This document shows positions 12,646 to 21,912 of a DNA stretch of 64,000 bases, piece by piece; position 1 is the first letter of the stretch; each line of letters begins with the position of its first letter. The translations under genes and the position numbers were made by a program. The notes below the pieces were generated by a model. The model was not told where the DNA came from. It saw only the letters and a list, made by a program, of their open reading frames with translations, and did no database searches. This DNA is from Gemmatimonadota bacterium. Its GTDB lineage: Bacteria; Gemmatimonadota; Gemmatimonadetes; Palauibacterales; Palauibacteraceae. The DNA lies in the NCBI GenBank assembly GCA_046484665.1, contig JAWOIN010000073.1, positions 20,918 through 84,917 of the forward strand, written 5' to 3'.

Positions 12646-12803
12646 GAGCCTCCTCCCTCGGAGCTTCGGCCTGCGCTGCCCGGAATCGTGGTACACCCAG
12701 GGTTCCGGCCCGGGGCGGTAGCCGCAAGTCCAACGGGAGCGGGAGCCAGCGGCGCCGGGGCCGGATGTGGACGGGGCCGCCGGCGGACGGTTACACTTCC
12801 GAC

Positions 12804-13475
12804 ATGTTCCGAAAGCTGAGGGAGAAGATCGAGGTGGCCCTCGAAGCGCTCGAGGGACGGTCGCCCGGCGACCCCCGCGAGGAGGTCGACCGCCTCCTCG
12901 CGGGCATGCGGAACGAGCTGATCGAGGCCCGGGCCGCGCTGCCCGTGCTCGAGAAGCAGATCGTCGACTACCGCGCGCTGCGCGAGCGCGAGCTGCGCGA
13001 TGCGGAGAGCTGCGTCCGGCGCGCGGAGCAGGCGAAGAGGATCGGCGACGCGGAGACGGTCGAGGTCGCGATCCGGTTCGCCGAGAAGCACCGCGGCCGG
13101 GCGGATGTCGCCGCACAGAAGCTGGAGGCGGCCGAGACCGAGCTCGCGCTCCAGAGGCGGTCGGTCGCGGAGATGACGGAGCAGCTCAAGTCCGCGCTCG
13201 CGAGGCGCGACGCGATCGCGGCGCAGGCGCGACGGGCGGGTGCGACGGGCAGCCTCCGCGGGGGGCGCCCTTCCGCGGTCGACGACTTCGACAGGATCGT
13301 CGAGGGCATCGAGGATGCGGACCTCGCGGCGGCCGCCACGCGCGACGTCGAGCAGGCGTTCGAGGAGATGGAGGGAGGGACCGGGGCGGGCCGGGACCTC
13401 GACCCGGACGAGCTCGCCGAGCTCCGGCTGCAGGAGCTCAAGCGCCGGATGCGGGAGTCCGACCCCGGATCCTGA
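12804..13475 (+). CDS. pspA: PspA/IM30 (Vipp1) family protein
   Basis: 223 aa coiled-coil protein starting [16 protein letters not shown], typical PspA N-terminal helix; ATG at 12804. Confidence 0.8.
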   Translation: MFRKLREKIEVALEALEGRSPGDPREEVDRLLAGMRNELIEARAALPVLEKQIVDYRALRERELRDAESCVRRAEQAKRIGDAETVEVAIRFAEKHRGRADVAAQKLEAAETELALQRRSVAEMTEQLKSALARRDAIAAQARRAGATGSLRGGRPSAVDDFDRIVEGIEDADLAAAATRDVEQAFEEMEGGTGAGRDLDPDELAELRLQELKRRMRESDPGS

Positions 13476-13490
13476 TCGACCGCCGCCCGC

Positions 13491-15080
13491 TCAGCCCCCG
13501 CGGTCCAGGCGCACGCTGACGGGCTGGCCGCGGATCGTCACCCCCTGCATCCGCCGGATGACCTGGTCGACGGCCTGCGAGTCGATCTCCGCGACCGAGA
13601 AGCTCCCGCGGATCTCGATCTTGCCGATCTGTCCGCCGGCGATCCCGGCCTCGCCGGTCAGGGCCCCGACCAGGTCGGACGGCCGCACCTCGTCGCGGCG
13701 GCCGATTCCGATGAACAGGCGCGACCACGCCGGGCGCGCGCCCCGCGGCGCCGGGCGCGACTCCTCGCCGCCCGTCTTCTCCCGCCGCCGCGAGGGCGCC
13801 GGGCGCGAGCCGGGGAGCGACGCCGCCTCGACGTCGGGCCAGGAGAGGACGATTCCAGCCTCCTCGTCGTGGAGCCGCAGGCGCTCGGAGAGGGCCGCCG
13901 CCACCCGCATCGCGCCGAATTCCTCGAGCAGGGGCTCGAGCACGAGCAGCTCGGGGATGACATCCGCGGAGCGGACGGCCTCGCGCAGCCGTTGCCGGTA
14001 GAGCGCCACCGCGTCCAGCTCGTCCGGAACCGACGCCTGGGGAAGCAGCTCGGGCGACAGCCGCGCGCGCGCCGCGAGGAGCCGCAGCTGCGCGAAGTGT
14101 CGGGGCTCCACCACGGCGTACCGTCGCGCCGCCGCTCCCAGCGCACGCTCGAGCTCCGGGAGTCCCGACGGGAGCCCGTACAGGATCGCGGCCGCCTCCG
14201 CCGGGGCTGCTCCCGCGCCGTCGTCGTCTCCGATCCGGACCCGGTCGTCCTCCACCGAGGCCTCGTGACCCCGGACGCCGAGCTCGGCGACGATTCGGGG
14301 GACGTCCTCCGGCGACGCGCAGGCGATCCCGACCGCCCCGTCGTCCTCGCGCAGCGCCTCGGCGGCGCAGCGCGCCACGAGCTCGAGAGCCCGCTCGCCG
14401 CTCGCCAGTCCGATCCGGAGGGGAGCGCCGCCCGCCGGGGCCGGCGCTTTCTCCGCTCCCGCCGCCGGGAACAGCTCCTCGGGCCAGCGGCGGGCCCTCG
14501 GCAGGCGTCGCTCGACGAGCTCCGCGAACACGGCGTCCACGACCTCGGAGGCTGCGATCCGCTGGGTATCCGCGTCGAGGCCGTCGAGAAGAGGCTCCGC
14601 CGACGACCACTCGTCCAGCGAGACCATGGTCGAGACGCCGTCGAGGACGAGGAGCCGGAGCGACCCGAGCCCCAGGCGACCGGATCGGATCGCGGGAAGC
14701 AGTCGCGAGGGCCTGCCGGCCACGACACGGCTCCGCGCGGGGACGCCCTCGGCGTCGCTCCAGCCCCGACCGGGCACGAACACGGGAAGGCCCTCCGGAG
14801 CGCAGGCCAGGTGCAGGGCCCGTCCCAGCCGGTCCGCGCGCTCGTCCGTGGCCGTGAGGAGCAGGGCCTGCAGCCCCGCCTCCCCCGCGTCGCAGCGCTC
14901 GAGGACGGCGAGGGCATAGGCCGCCTCGCGTCCCGAGCCCTCCGCCGCGAGGACCGCCACGTGGTGTCCCCTCGCGATCGCAGTCGCCGTCGCGTCGAGG
15001 ATCTCCGGCGGCCGCGCGTGGCCCAGGCGGCCGGCGATCTCGCGCGGATCGAACCGATGCTGCTCGCTCACCTGGGACAC
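13491..15080 (-). CDS. DEAD-box helicase-like protein with degenerate ATPase motifs and C-terminal DbpA-type RNA-binding domain
   Basis: N-terminus follows Q-motif/motif I layout (F..L.L...GHARPPEIL..AIARGHHVAVLAAEGSGRE) but GKT is replaced by GRE and DEAD by DGVS; C-terminus RLFIGIGRRDEVRPSDLVGALTGEAGIAGGQIGKIEIRGSFSVAEID matches DbpA RBD. Confidence 0.6.
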   Translation of the reverse strand: MSQVSEQHRFDPREIAGRLGHARPPEILDATATAIARGHHVAVLAAEGSGREAAYALAVLERCDAGEAGLQALLLTATDERADRLGRALHLACAPEGLPVFVPGRGWSDAEGVPARSRVVAGRPSRLLPAIRSGRLGLGSLRLLVLDGVSTMVSLDEWSSAEPLLDGLDADTQRIAASEVVDAVFAELVERRLPRARRWPEELFPAAGAEKAPAPAGGAPLRIGLASGERALELVARCAAEALREDDGAVGIACASPEDVPRIVAELGVRGHEASVEDDRVRIGDDDGAGAAPAEAAAILYGLPSGLPELERALGAAARRYAVVEPRHFAQLRLLAARARLSPELLPQASVPDELDAVALYRQRLREAVRSADVIPELLVLEPLLEEFGAMRVAAALSERLRLHDEEAGIVLSWPDVEAASLPGSRPAPSRRREKTGGEESRPAPRGARPAWSRLFIGIGRRDEVRPSDLVGALTGEAGIAGGQIGKIEIRGSFSVAEIDSQAVDQVIRRMQGVTIRGQPVSVRLDRGG

Positions 15081-15165
15081 CTCTGCTGGTTTCGGGTCAC
15101 GGCCGTGCGGAACCTCGTGCGGGCGACCCCCCGCGTCTCCGGCGGAGGGGAGGCGCGCGCCCGGC

Positions 15166-15474
15166 TCAGCCCTCGAAGCGGCGGTAGTGCCCGAGGTCGT
15201 ACTTCCGGATCGCGAGCATCTCCCGGGGACGGAAGCCGATCTCGCCCAGGGTCATCCCCTCGTCCCGGACCCGGCGTTCCGCGTACTCGACGTAGTAGTC
15301 GTCCGGGTCGTCGGTGCCGCGGAGGAGCATCGCGCGGACGCCGATCGCCTTCGCCTCGGCGACCGGGATCGCGAGCGGCAGCTCTTCCACGTGCTCGAGC
15401 CACCGGTCGGGCATCGCGAGACGCACGGTGACCGTGTCCGCGCCGGTCGGGTCGGTCAGCCTCGGGTCGCTCAT
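15166..15474 (-). CDS. Hypothetical protein (102 aa)
   Basis: ATG at 15474 overlapping stop of upstream small ORF (ATGA); no recognised motif. Confidence 0.45.
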   Translation of the reverse strand: MSDPRLTDPTGADTVTVRLAMPDRWLEHVEELPLAIPVAEAKAIGVRAMLLRGTDDPDDYYVEYAERRVRDEGMTLGEIGFRPREMLAIRKYDLGHYRRFEG

Positions 15475-15731
15475 ACGTGCCCCAGGGTGTAGAGGAACCG
15501 CTTCGTGAGGTCCGTGATGTCGAGGCCGACGACGCGGTCCGTCGCGGCGTGGACGTTCGTGTGTCCGTGATGGCGGTCGACCCGGATGCGGGCCGTGCCG
15601 ATCTCGCCCGAGAAGCGGAGCCGGTCCGGCCCTTCCTCGGTCAGGTCCACCCTGGAATGCTCCGCGAAGAAGGCGCGGGCGCGCTCGAGGACCTGCTCCG
15701 GCGTCACATTCGTCATGACGTGATATCGCAT
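15471..15731 (-). CDS. Hypothetical protein (86 aa)
   Basis: First gene of an apparent three-gene minus-strand operon; no recognised motif. Confidence 0.4.
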   Translation of the reverse strand: MRYHVMTNVTPEQVLERARAFFAEHSRVDLTEEGPDRLRFSGEIGTARIRVDRHHGHTNVHAATDRVVGLDITDLTKRFLYTLGHV

Positions 15732-15947
15732 CCGTGTCGCCTGCTCGCTGGGCTCGGGACGGGCCCTCCCCGGCCGGGAGTGGACCGGCCACGACCCGCG
15801 GTGTCGCGGGGCCGCGGCGGTGGTGCAAGTTTCCTTCCGGCGGGGGCTCCGTCAACCTCCGCCGGGGCGCGCTTGCACGGACCGGCGGGGAGCGGGATCT
15901 TCCCGGCGGCGCGCGCCGTCCGTCACCCACGCAACGGGACCTCTCAC

Positions 15948-17093
15948 GTGACGACCCCGTACCCGCCGTTCGGACGCTTCTTCCTGCCGGGGCCCACCGA
16001 GGTGCGCCCGGAGGTGCTCGAGGCGATGCGGAGGCCCGTGGTCGGCCACCGCGGCGCGACGATGCGCGAGCTCCTCGCCGGCATCGACGGCGACCTGCGC
16101 GCGCTGTTCGGCACGAGCCGCCCCGTCTACCTGTCCACGAGCTCGGCAACCGGGCTGATGGAGGCGGCGATCACCGGGCTCTGCGGGAGGCGCGCGCTCG
16201 CGCTGGTCTGCGGAGCGTTCGGCGACCGGTTCCGCGCGATCGCGGAGCGCTGCGGCCGGCCGGTCGACGCGATCCGGGTCGAGGCAGGGGAGCCGAACCT
16301 CCCGGAGGCGCTCCGCGCGGCGCTGCGCGCGAGCCCCGGCCGGTGGGACCTGGTGACCGTCGTGCACTCGGAGACCTCGACGGGCGTGCTGAGCCCGGTC
16401 GCGGAGCTCGCGGCGGTCGTGCGGGAGCACGAGGACCTGCTGCTCGCCGTGGACGGCGTCACCTCCGTCGGCGGCGTCGAGATCCGGTTCGACGACTGGG
16501 GGGCGGACTTCCTCCTCACGGGTTCCCAGAAGGCGCTGGCGCTCCCTCCGGGTCTCGCGCTCGGGGTCGCGTCGGAGCGGGCCCTCGAGCGCGCCGCCCG
16601 GGTTCCGGCGGCCAGCTTCTACTTCGACATCCTCGAGTTCGAGCGGAGGGCGCGCGAGCACCAGACGACGAACACCCCGGCCGTCTCGCTGTTCTACGCG
16701 CTGGAGCGCCAGCTGGGACGGATCCGGGAGGAGGGGCTCGAGCGGCGCTGGGAGCGGCACCGGGCGATGGCGGAGCGGACGCGCGCCTGGACGGACGAGC
16801 TGCGGGCGGAGGTGGACCCGGGGTTCGGGGTGCTGGCCCGCGAGGGCTACCGGTCTCCCACCGTCACGGCGGTGACCCTTCCAGCCGGGGCGCGCGGCGG
16901 CGACGTGGTCCAGGCGCTCTCGAAGCGGGGGTACACGATCGCGACCGGCTACGGCGAGCTCAAGCAGCGGTGCATTCGGATCGGGCACATGGGAGATCAC
17001 ACGATCGACGAGCTGAACCGCCTGCTGGGGGAAGTGGAGGACGTGATCCGGGGGTTCCTGGCCGCCGTCCCGGTCGCGCGCGGGGAGGCCTGA
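15948..17093 (+). CDS. Class V PLP-dependent aminotransferase (serine-pyruvate/alanine-glyoxylate type; likely phosphoserine aminotransferase given serA downstream)
   Basis: 381 aa from in-frame GTG at 15948; FLLTGSQKAL PLP-lysine region; immediately followed by serA. Confidence 0.8.
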   Translation: MTTPYPPFGRFFLPGPTEVRPEVLEAMRRPVVGHRGATMRELLAGIDGDLRALFGTSRPVYLSTSSATGLMEAAITGLCGRRALALVCGAFGDRFRAIAERCGRPVDAIRVEAGEPNLPEALRAALRASPGRWDLVTVVHSETSTGVLSPVAELAAVVREHEDLLLAVDGVTSVGGVEIRFDDWGADFLLTGSQKALALPPGLALGVASERALERAARVPAASFYFDILEFERRAREHQTTNTPAVSLFYALERQLGRIREEGLERRWERHRAMAERTRAWTDELRAEVDPGFGVLAREGYRSPTVTAVTLPAGARGGDVVQALSKRGYTIATGYGELKQRCIRIGHMGDHTIDELNRLLGEVEDVIRGFLAAVPVARGEA

Positions 17094-17094
17094 G

Positions 17095-18690
17095 ATGGGC
17101 GTGAAGCGGGTCCTGGTGGCCGATGCGCTCACGCCCGAGGGGGTGAGCATCCTCCAGGAGGCGACCGGGCTCGCCGTCGAGGACCGGGTCGGCGTCTCCC
17201 GCGCCGAACTGCGGCAGGCCCTGCGGGGCGCCTCGGGCCTCGTCGTCCGGAGCGGGACCCGGGTCGACGCGGAGCTGCTCGGGGCCGCCGACGCGCTCGA
17301 GGTGATCGGGCGCGCGGGCGTCGGCCTCGACAACATCGACCTCGAGGCTGCGACGCGGCGCGGGGTCGCCGTGCTCAACGCCCCGGCCGGCAACACGATC
17401 TCCACGACCGAGCTGGCGTTCGGGCTGCTGCTGGCCGCCGCCCGGAAGATCGCCGCGGCCGACCGCTCGGTCCGGGGGGGCGAGTGGGACCGCCGCGGTC
17501 TCACGGGCGCGCAGCTGTGCGGGCGGACGCTCGGCGTGGTGGGCGTCGGGCGGATCGGAACGGAGATGACGAGGCGCGCCCGGGCGTTCGGGCTCGCGGT
17601 GCTCGCCTACGACCCGTACGTGGATCCCGACCGCGCGGAGGAGCTCGGGATCCGGATTGTCGAGCTTGACGAGCTCCTGTCCCGGGCGGACTTCGTGACG
17701 CTCCACCTGCCGCTCACGGACGAGACGAGGGGACTGCTCGACGCGGAGCGGATCGCGCGGATGCGGCCGGGCGCGATCCTGGTCAACACCGCCCGCGGCG
17801 GGCTGGTCGACGAGCAGGCGCTGGCGGCGGCGTTGCGCTCGGGGCGGCTCGCGGCGGCGGCCCTCGACGTGTTCGAGACGGAGCCGCTGCCCTCGGACCA
17901 CCCCCTTCGGAACGCGCCGAACCTGACCCTGACGCCCCACATCGGTGCCTCGACGCCGGAAGCGCAGGCGAAGGTGGCGACCGAGATCGCGCTCGCCGTG
18001 CGCGACGCGCTGCTCGAGGGAGACTTGCGCGCCGCCGTGAACGTGACCCCGATCGGCGTGGCGGAGCGACGGAGGCTGCAGCCGATCCTCGAGCTGGCCC
18101 GCCGGCTCGGTCGCGCGGCCGCGGGCCTCTCCGGGGGGACGGCGACGCGGCTCGAGGTCCGCCTGGCCGCGCCGGAGCAGAGGGGACTGCGGCTCGTCGC
18201 CTCGGCGGTCGTCGCGGGTTTCCTCCGGGACCTGGAGACGGGGCCGTTGAACTTCGTGAACGCCCTCGCCGTGGCGGCGGAGCGAGGGCTGGAGGTGGAG
18301 CGCTCGCGGCTGAAGCCGCAGGCCGGGCACGTGGCCTGGGTGGAGGTCGTGGCCGTCGGCGGTGCCCGTCCGGCCTCGCTCGCCGGCGCCCTCCGCGGCG
18401 ATCTCTCCGGCGGCATCGTGCGGGTCGACGGCTATCCGGTGAACGTGGCGCCCAGGGGTACCCTCCTGTTCGTGCGGAACCGCGACGTCCCGGGCGTGGT
18501 CGGGCAGGTCGGAACCCGGCTGGGGGACGCCGGGGTCAACATCGGCGAGTTCCACCAGGCGCGCGACACGAAGGGCGGAGAGGCCCTCGCCGTGATCGGA
18601 CTGGACGAGGAGCTTTCGCCGTCGAGCCTGCGCGAGCTGCGGGCGTTGCCGGAGGTGCTCGACGCCACGCAGGTCCGACTGGACGACTGA
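17095..18690 (+). CDS. serA: D-3-phosphoglycerate dehydrogenase (long form with ASB and ACT domains)
   Basis: GVVGVGRIGTEM NAD-binding fold, 2-hydroxyacid dehydrogenase catalytic region, 531 aa. Confidence 0.9.
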   Translation: MGVKRVLVADALTPEGVSILQEATGLAVEDRVGVSRAELRQALRGASGLVVRSGTRVDAELLGAADALEVIGRAGVGLDNIDLEAATRRGVAVLNAPAGNTISTTELAFGLLLAAARKIAAADRSVRGGEWDRRGLTGAQLCGRTLGVVGVGRIGTEMTRRARAFGLAVLAYDPYVDPDRAEELGIRIVELDELLSRADFVTLHLPLTDETRGLLDAERIARMRPGAILVNTARGGLVDEQALAAALRSGRLAAAALDVFETEPLPSDHPLRNAPNLTLTPHIGASTPEAQAKVATEIALAVRDALLEGDLRAAVNVTPIGVAERRRLQPILELARRLGRAAAGLSGGTATRLEVRLAAPEQRGLRLVASAVVAGFLRDLETGPLNFVNALAVAAERGLEVERSRLKPQAGHVAWVEVVAVGGARPASLAGALRGDLSGGIVRVDGYPVNVAPRGTLLFVRNRDVPGVVGQVGTRLGDAGVNIGEFHQARDTKGGEALAVIGLDEELSPSSLRELRALPEVLDATQVRLDD

Positions 18691-18702
18691 GACCGGCGGG
18701 AC

Positions 18703-19971
18703 TCAGTAGCGCGGAATCGAGGGGTCGACCCGCAGGGACCAGTCGTTGATCCCTCCCGCGAGGTTCCGGGCGCGCACGAAGCCGCGGGACCGGAGGAACT
18801 CCACCGCGAGCGCGCTGCGGCTCCCCGTCCGGCAGTAGACGACGAGATCGGCCTCCCGGTCGAGCTGCTCGAGGCTCTCGCCGAGCTCGCCGAGCGGGAT
18901 GAGCCTGGCGCCGGCCGGCCCCAGATTCCCGATCTCCCACTCGTACGCCTCACGCACGTCCAGGATCTGGGGGCGCTCGCCCCGCTCGAGCCGGTCGCGG
19001 AGCTCCTCGACGCCGATCTCGACCGGGGGCTCGGTCCCGGCGGAGCCCTCTTCTCGCGGCGGCGCCGGGCGGGCCACCGCCGGGGTCTCCGTCGGCGCCG
19101 GGACCGGCGTCCCGCCGCGGCAGAAGGCCTCGTAGTCGATGAGCCCCGTGATCGACGGCGCCTCGCCACAGACCGCGCACTCCGGGTCCCTCCGCACCTC
19201 CAGCTCCCGGAACTCCATGCTCGCCGCGTCGATCAGCAGCAGCCGCCCGATCAGCGAGCGGCCGGTCCCGAGCAGGAGCTTCAGCGCCTCCACGGCCTGG
19301 ATCGAACCGACCAGCCCGGGCAGGGCGCCGAGCACGCCGGCCTCGGCGCAGGTGGGGACGAGGCCCGGCGGGGGCGGGTCGCGGAACAGGCAGCGGTAGC
19401 AGGGGCCTCCCGGCGCCGCGAACACCGAAGCCTGGCCCTCCCACCGGAAGATCGCGCCGTACGCGAGCGGCAGCCCGAACAGCACGCAGGCGTCGTTCAC
19501 GAGGTACCTGGTGGGGAAATTGTCGCTCCCGTCGACCACGAGGTCCCACCCGCCGGAGAACACCTCGAGGGCGTTCGAGGCGTCGAGCCGGACGTCGTGC
19601 GCGACGACCTCCACGCCCGGGTTCAGCCGCGCGAGCCTCTCCCGCGCGGAATCCGTCTTGCGGCGGCCCACGGACGCCGAGTCGTGCAGGAGCTGCCGGT
19701 GGAGGTTCGTGAGGTCGACCAGGTCGGAGTCGACGATACCCAGGCGCCCCACCCCCGCGGCCGCGAGGTAGAGGGCCGCCGGCGAGCCGAGACCCCCGGC
19801 CCCGACGACCAGGACCGAGGACTGCCGCAGCCGACGCTGTCCTTCCGCGCCGACCTCCGGGAGGATCATCTGCCGGTGGTAGCGGAGCCGCTCGTCGGCG
19901 TCGAGCTCCGCCGGGCGCGCCGGGCGGACGCCGGGAGCGTCCCCCGGGCGCGCCTCAGACCCGGACGCCAA
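18703..19971 (-). CDS. moeZ: Molybdopterin/thiamine-synthase adenylyltransferase MoeB/ThiF fused to C-terminal rhodanese domain (MoeZ-type)
   Basis: VLVVGAGGLGSP nucleotide-binding motif, CxxC pairs, C-terminal rhodanese with active-site CRTGSRS. Confidence 0.85.
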   Translation of the reverse strand: MASGSEARPGDAPGVRPARPAELDADERLRYHRQMILPEVGAEGQRRLRQSSVLVVGAGGLGSPAALYLAAAGVGRLGIVDSDLVDLTNLHRQLLHDSASVGRRKTDSARERLARLNPGVEVVAHDVRLDASNALEVFSGGWDLVVDGSDNFPTRYLVNDACVLFGLPLAYGAIFRWEGQASVFAAPGGPCYRCLFRDPPPPGLVPTCAEAGVLGALPGLVGSIQAVEALKLLLGTGRSLIGRLLLIDAASMEFRELEVRRDPECAVCGEAPSITGLIDYEAFCRGGTPVPAPTETPAVARPAPPREEGSAGTEPPVEIGVEELRDRLERGERPQILDVREAYEWEIGNLGPAGARLIPLGELGESLEQLDREADLVVYCRTGSRSALAVEFLRSRGFVRARNLAGGINDWSLRVDPSIPRY

Positions 19972-20629
19972 GGGAGCTCCGGATCGCCTCGTAGTTCTCC
20001 CGGACCGTGCCGGGTCCCCGGAACACGTACGAGCCCGCCACCAGCACGTTCGCGCCCGAGCGGGCGGCGAGCGGCGCCGTGTCCGGCCCGATTCCCCCGT
20101 CCACCTGGACGTGGAGGCCGCCGAGGCCCCGGTCGGCTGCCATCGTCCTGACCCGCTCGCACTTGCGGAGCGCCGCGTGGATGAAGCTCTGTCCGCCGAA
20201 CCCGGGGTTCACGGTCATCACGAGCACGAGGTCGACGAAGGGCAGCGACTCCGACAGGGTTTCCGCCGGGGTGGAGGGATTCAGCGCGACCCCGACCTTC
20301 GGGCCGAGGCGGCGGATCTCGTGGAGATCCCGGTGGAGGTGGACCGCCGCCTCCTGGTGGATCGTGATCATGTCCGCTCCGGCGGCGGCGAACGGCTCGA
20401 GGAACGTCTCCGGGTTGTCGATCATCAGGTGGACGTCGATGAACGACTCCGTGACGGCGCGGAGCGACTCGAGGACCGGGATCCCGATGCTCAGGTTCGG
20501 GACGTAGTGCCCGTCCATCACGTCGAAGTGGAACCAGCTCGCGCCGGCCTCCTCCGCCTCGGCCACCTGCTCCCCGAGCCGGGCGAAGTCCGCCGCGAGC
20601 AGCGACGGCGCCAGGATGATCTGCCTCAT
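19955..20629 (-). CDS. rpe: Ribulose-phosphate 3-epimerase
   Basis: 224 aa from ATG at 20629 (GGAGG RBS); HFDVMDGHYVPN and VMTVNPGFGGQ motifs. Confidence 0.9.
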   Translation of the reverse strand: MRQIILAPSLLAADFARLGEQVAEAEEAGASWFHFDVMDGHYVPNLSIGIPVLESLRAVTESFIDVHLMIDNPETFLEPFAAAGADMITIHQEAAVHLHRDLHEIRRLGPKVGVALNPSTPAETLSESLPFVDLVLVMTVNPGFGGQSFIHAALRKCERVRTMAADRGLGGLHVQVDGGIGPDTAPLAARSGANVLVAGSYVFRGPGTVRENYEAIRSSLGVRV

Positions 20630-20685
20630 GTGCCTCCAATCAGTCCGTCGGTCCGTGCGCGCCGGCGGGCGGCGCGGCCGACGCC

Positions 20686-21912
20686 TCAGACGATTCCGAG
20701 CTCGGCGCCCACCCGCGCGAGCGCTTCCAGCGCCCGGTCGAGATGCTCCCTCGAGTGCGCGGCCGAGATCTGGCAGCGGATCCGCGCCTCCCCGTGCGGA
20801 ACGACCGGGAACCCGAAGCCGATCACGAACACGCCCTGGTCGAGCAGCCTCGTGCTGAGCGAGATCGCGTCGGAGGTCTCTCCGATGATCACCGGCACGA
20901 TCGGAGTCTCCCCCTCGATCGGACGGTACCCCAGCGCGGTGAGATGCTCCCGGAAATAGGCCGTGTTCTCGCGCAGCCGGGTGACGAGCTCCGGGTGCGC
21001 CTCCAGGTGGTCGATCGCGGCGAGCGCGCCGCACGCCGAGTGCGGCGGGATCGCGTTCGTGAACAGCAGGGTGCGGGAGCGCTGCACGAGGTACTCCACG
21101 ACCTCGCGGCTGCTCGCGACGAAGCCGCCCGCCATTCCGCCCAGCGCCTTTCCCAGCGTCGAAGTGATGATGTCGACCTCCCCGTGCATCCCGAAGTGCT
21201 CGGGCGTGCCGCGGCCGGTGTCGCCCAGCACACCGGTGGCGTGCGAGTCGTCGATCGCCATGATCGCGTCGTATCTGTCGCACAGCTCGCGGATCTCGGG
21301 AAGCGGGGCGATCTCCCCCTCCATCGAGAACACGCCGTCGGAGATCACGAGACGGTGCCGCGCGTCGCCCGACGCCTCGAGCGCCTCGCGCAGCGAGTCC
21401 ATGTCCAGGTGGCGGTAGATCCGCCGCTGCGCCTTGCACAGCCGGATCCCGTCGATGATCGACGCGTGGTTCAGCTCGTCGCTGATCAGCGCGTCGGTCT
21501 CGTCGAGCAGAGGCGCGAACAGGCCCTCGTTCGCGTTCCAGCAGGAGGTGAAGGTGATGGTCGCCTCCGTCTCGAGGAAGTCGGCGATCCGGTCCTCGAG
21601 CTCCCGGTGGATGTCGAACGTGCCGCAGATGAACCGGACCGAGGAGGTTCCGGCCCCGTACCGCGCGGCTCCTTCGCGCACCGCCTCCACCACCCCGGGG
21701 ACGTCGCACATCCCGAGGTAGTTGTTCGAGCAGAGGTTGACGGTCTCACCGTAGCCCTCGAGCTCCACCACCGGTCCCTGCGCCCCCAGGATGTGCTGGA
21801 GCCGCTTGAGCACGCCCTGCTCGCGCATCTCCGCCAGCTCTCCGGCGAGCCTGCGGTTGAGCCCCTCGTTGACCGGGCTCGTCGACACGTCTCCCTCTTC
21901 GTACAGCGTCAT
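20686..21912 (-). CDS. kbl: Glycine C-acetyltransferase / 2-amino-3-ketobutyrate CoA ligase (alpha-oxoamine synthase family)
   Basis: 408 aa from ATG at 21912; STLGKALGG PLP-lysine motif, Kbl-like N-terminus. Confidence 0.85.
   Translation of the reverse strand: MTLYEEGDVSTSPVNEGLNRRLAGELAEMREQGVLKRLQHILGAQGPVVELEGYGETVNLCSNNYLGMCDVPGVVEAVREGAARYGAGTSSVRFICGTFDIHRELEDRIADFLETEATITFTSCWNANEGLFAPLLDETDALISDELNHASIIDGIRLCKAQRRIYRHLDMDSLREALEASGDARHRLVISDGVFSMEGEIAPLPEIRELCDRYDAIMAIDDSHATGVLGDTGRGTPEHFGMHGEVDIITSTLGKALGGMAGGFVASSREVVEYLVQRSRTLLFTNAIPPHSACGALAAIDHLEAHPELVTRLRENTAYFREHLTALGYRPIEGETPIVPVIIGETSDAISLSTRLLDQGVFVIGFGFPVVPHGEARIRCQISAAHSREHLDRALEALARVGAELGIV

Noticed and set aside
9029-12733. 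1234-aa minus-strand ORF
   Set aside because: Extreme R/G/P composition; overlaps copA (real, other frame) and the zinc-ribbon gene; antisense artefact
15068-15492. Alternative-frame ORFs 15068-15403 (minus) and 15187-15492 (plus)
   Set aside because: Overlap the better-supported 15166-15474 ORF, which has ATGA coupling to its neighbour, and have R-rich composition
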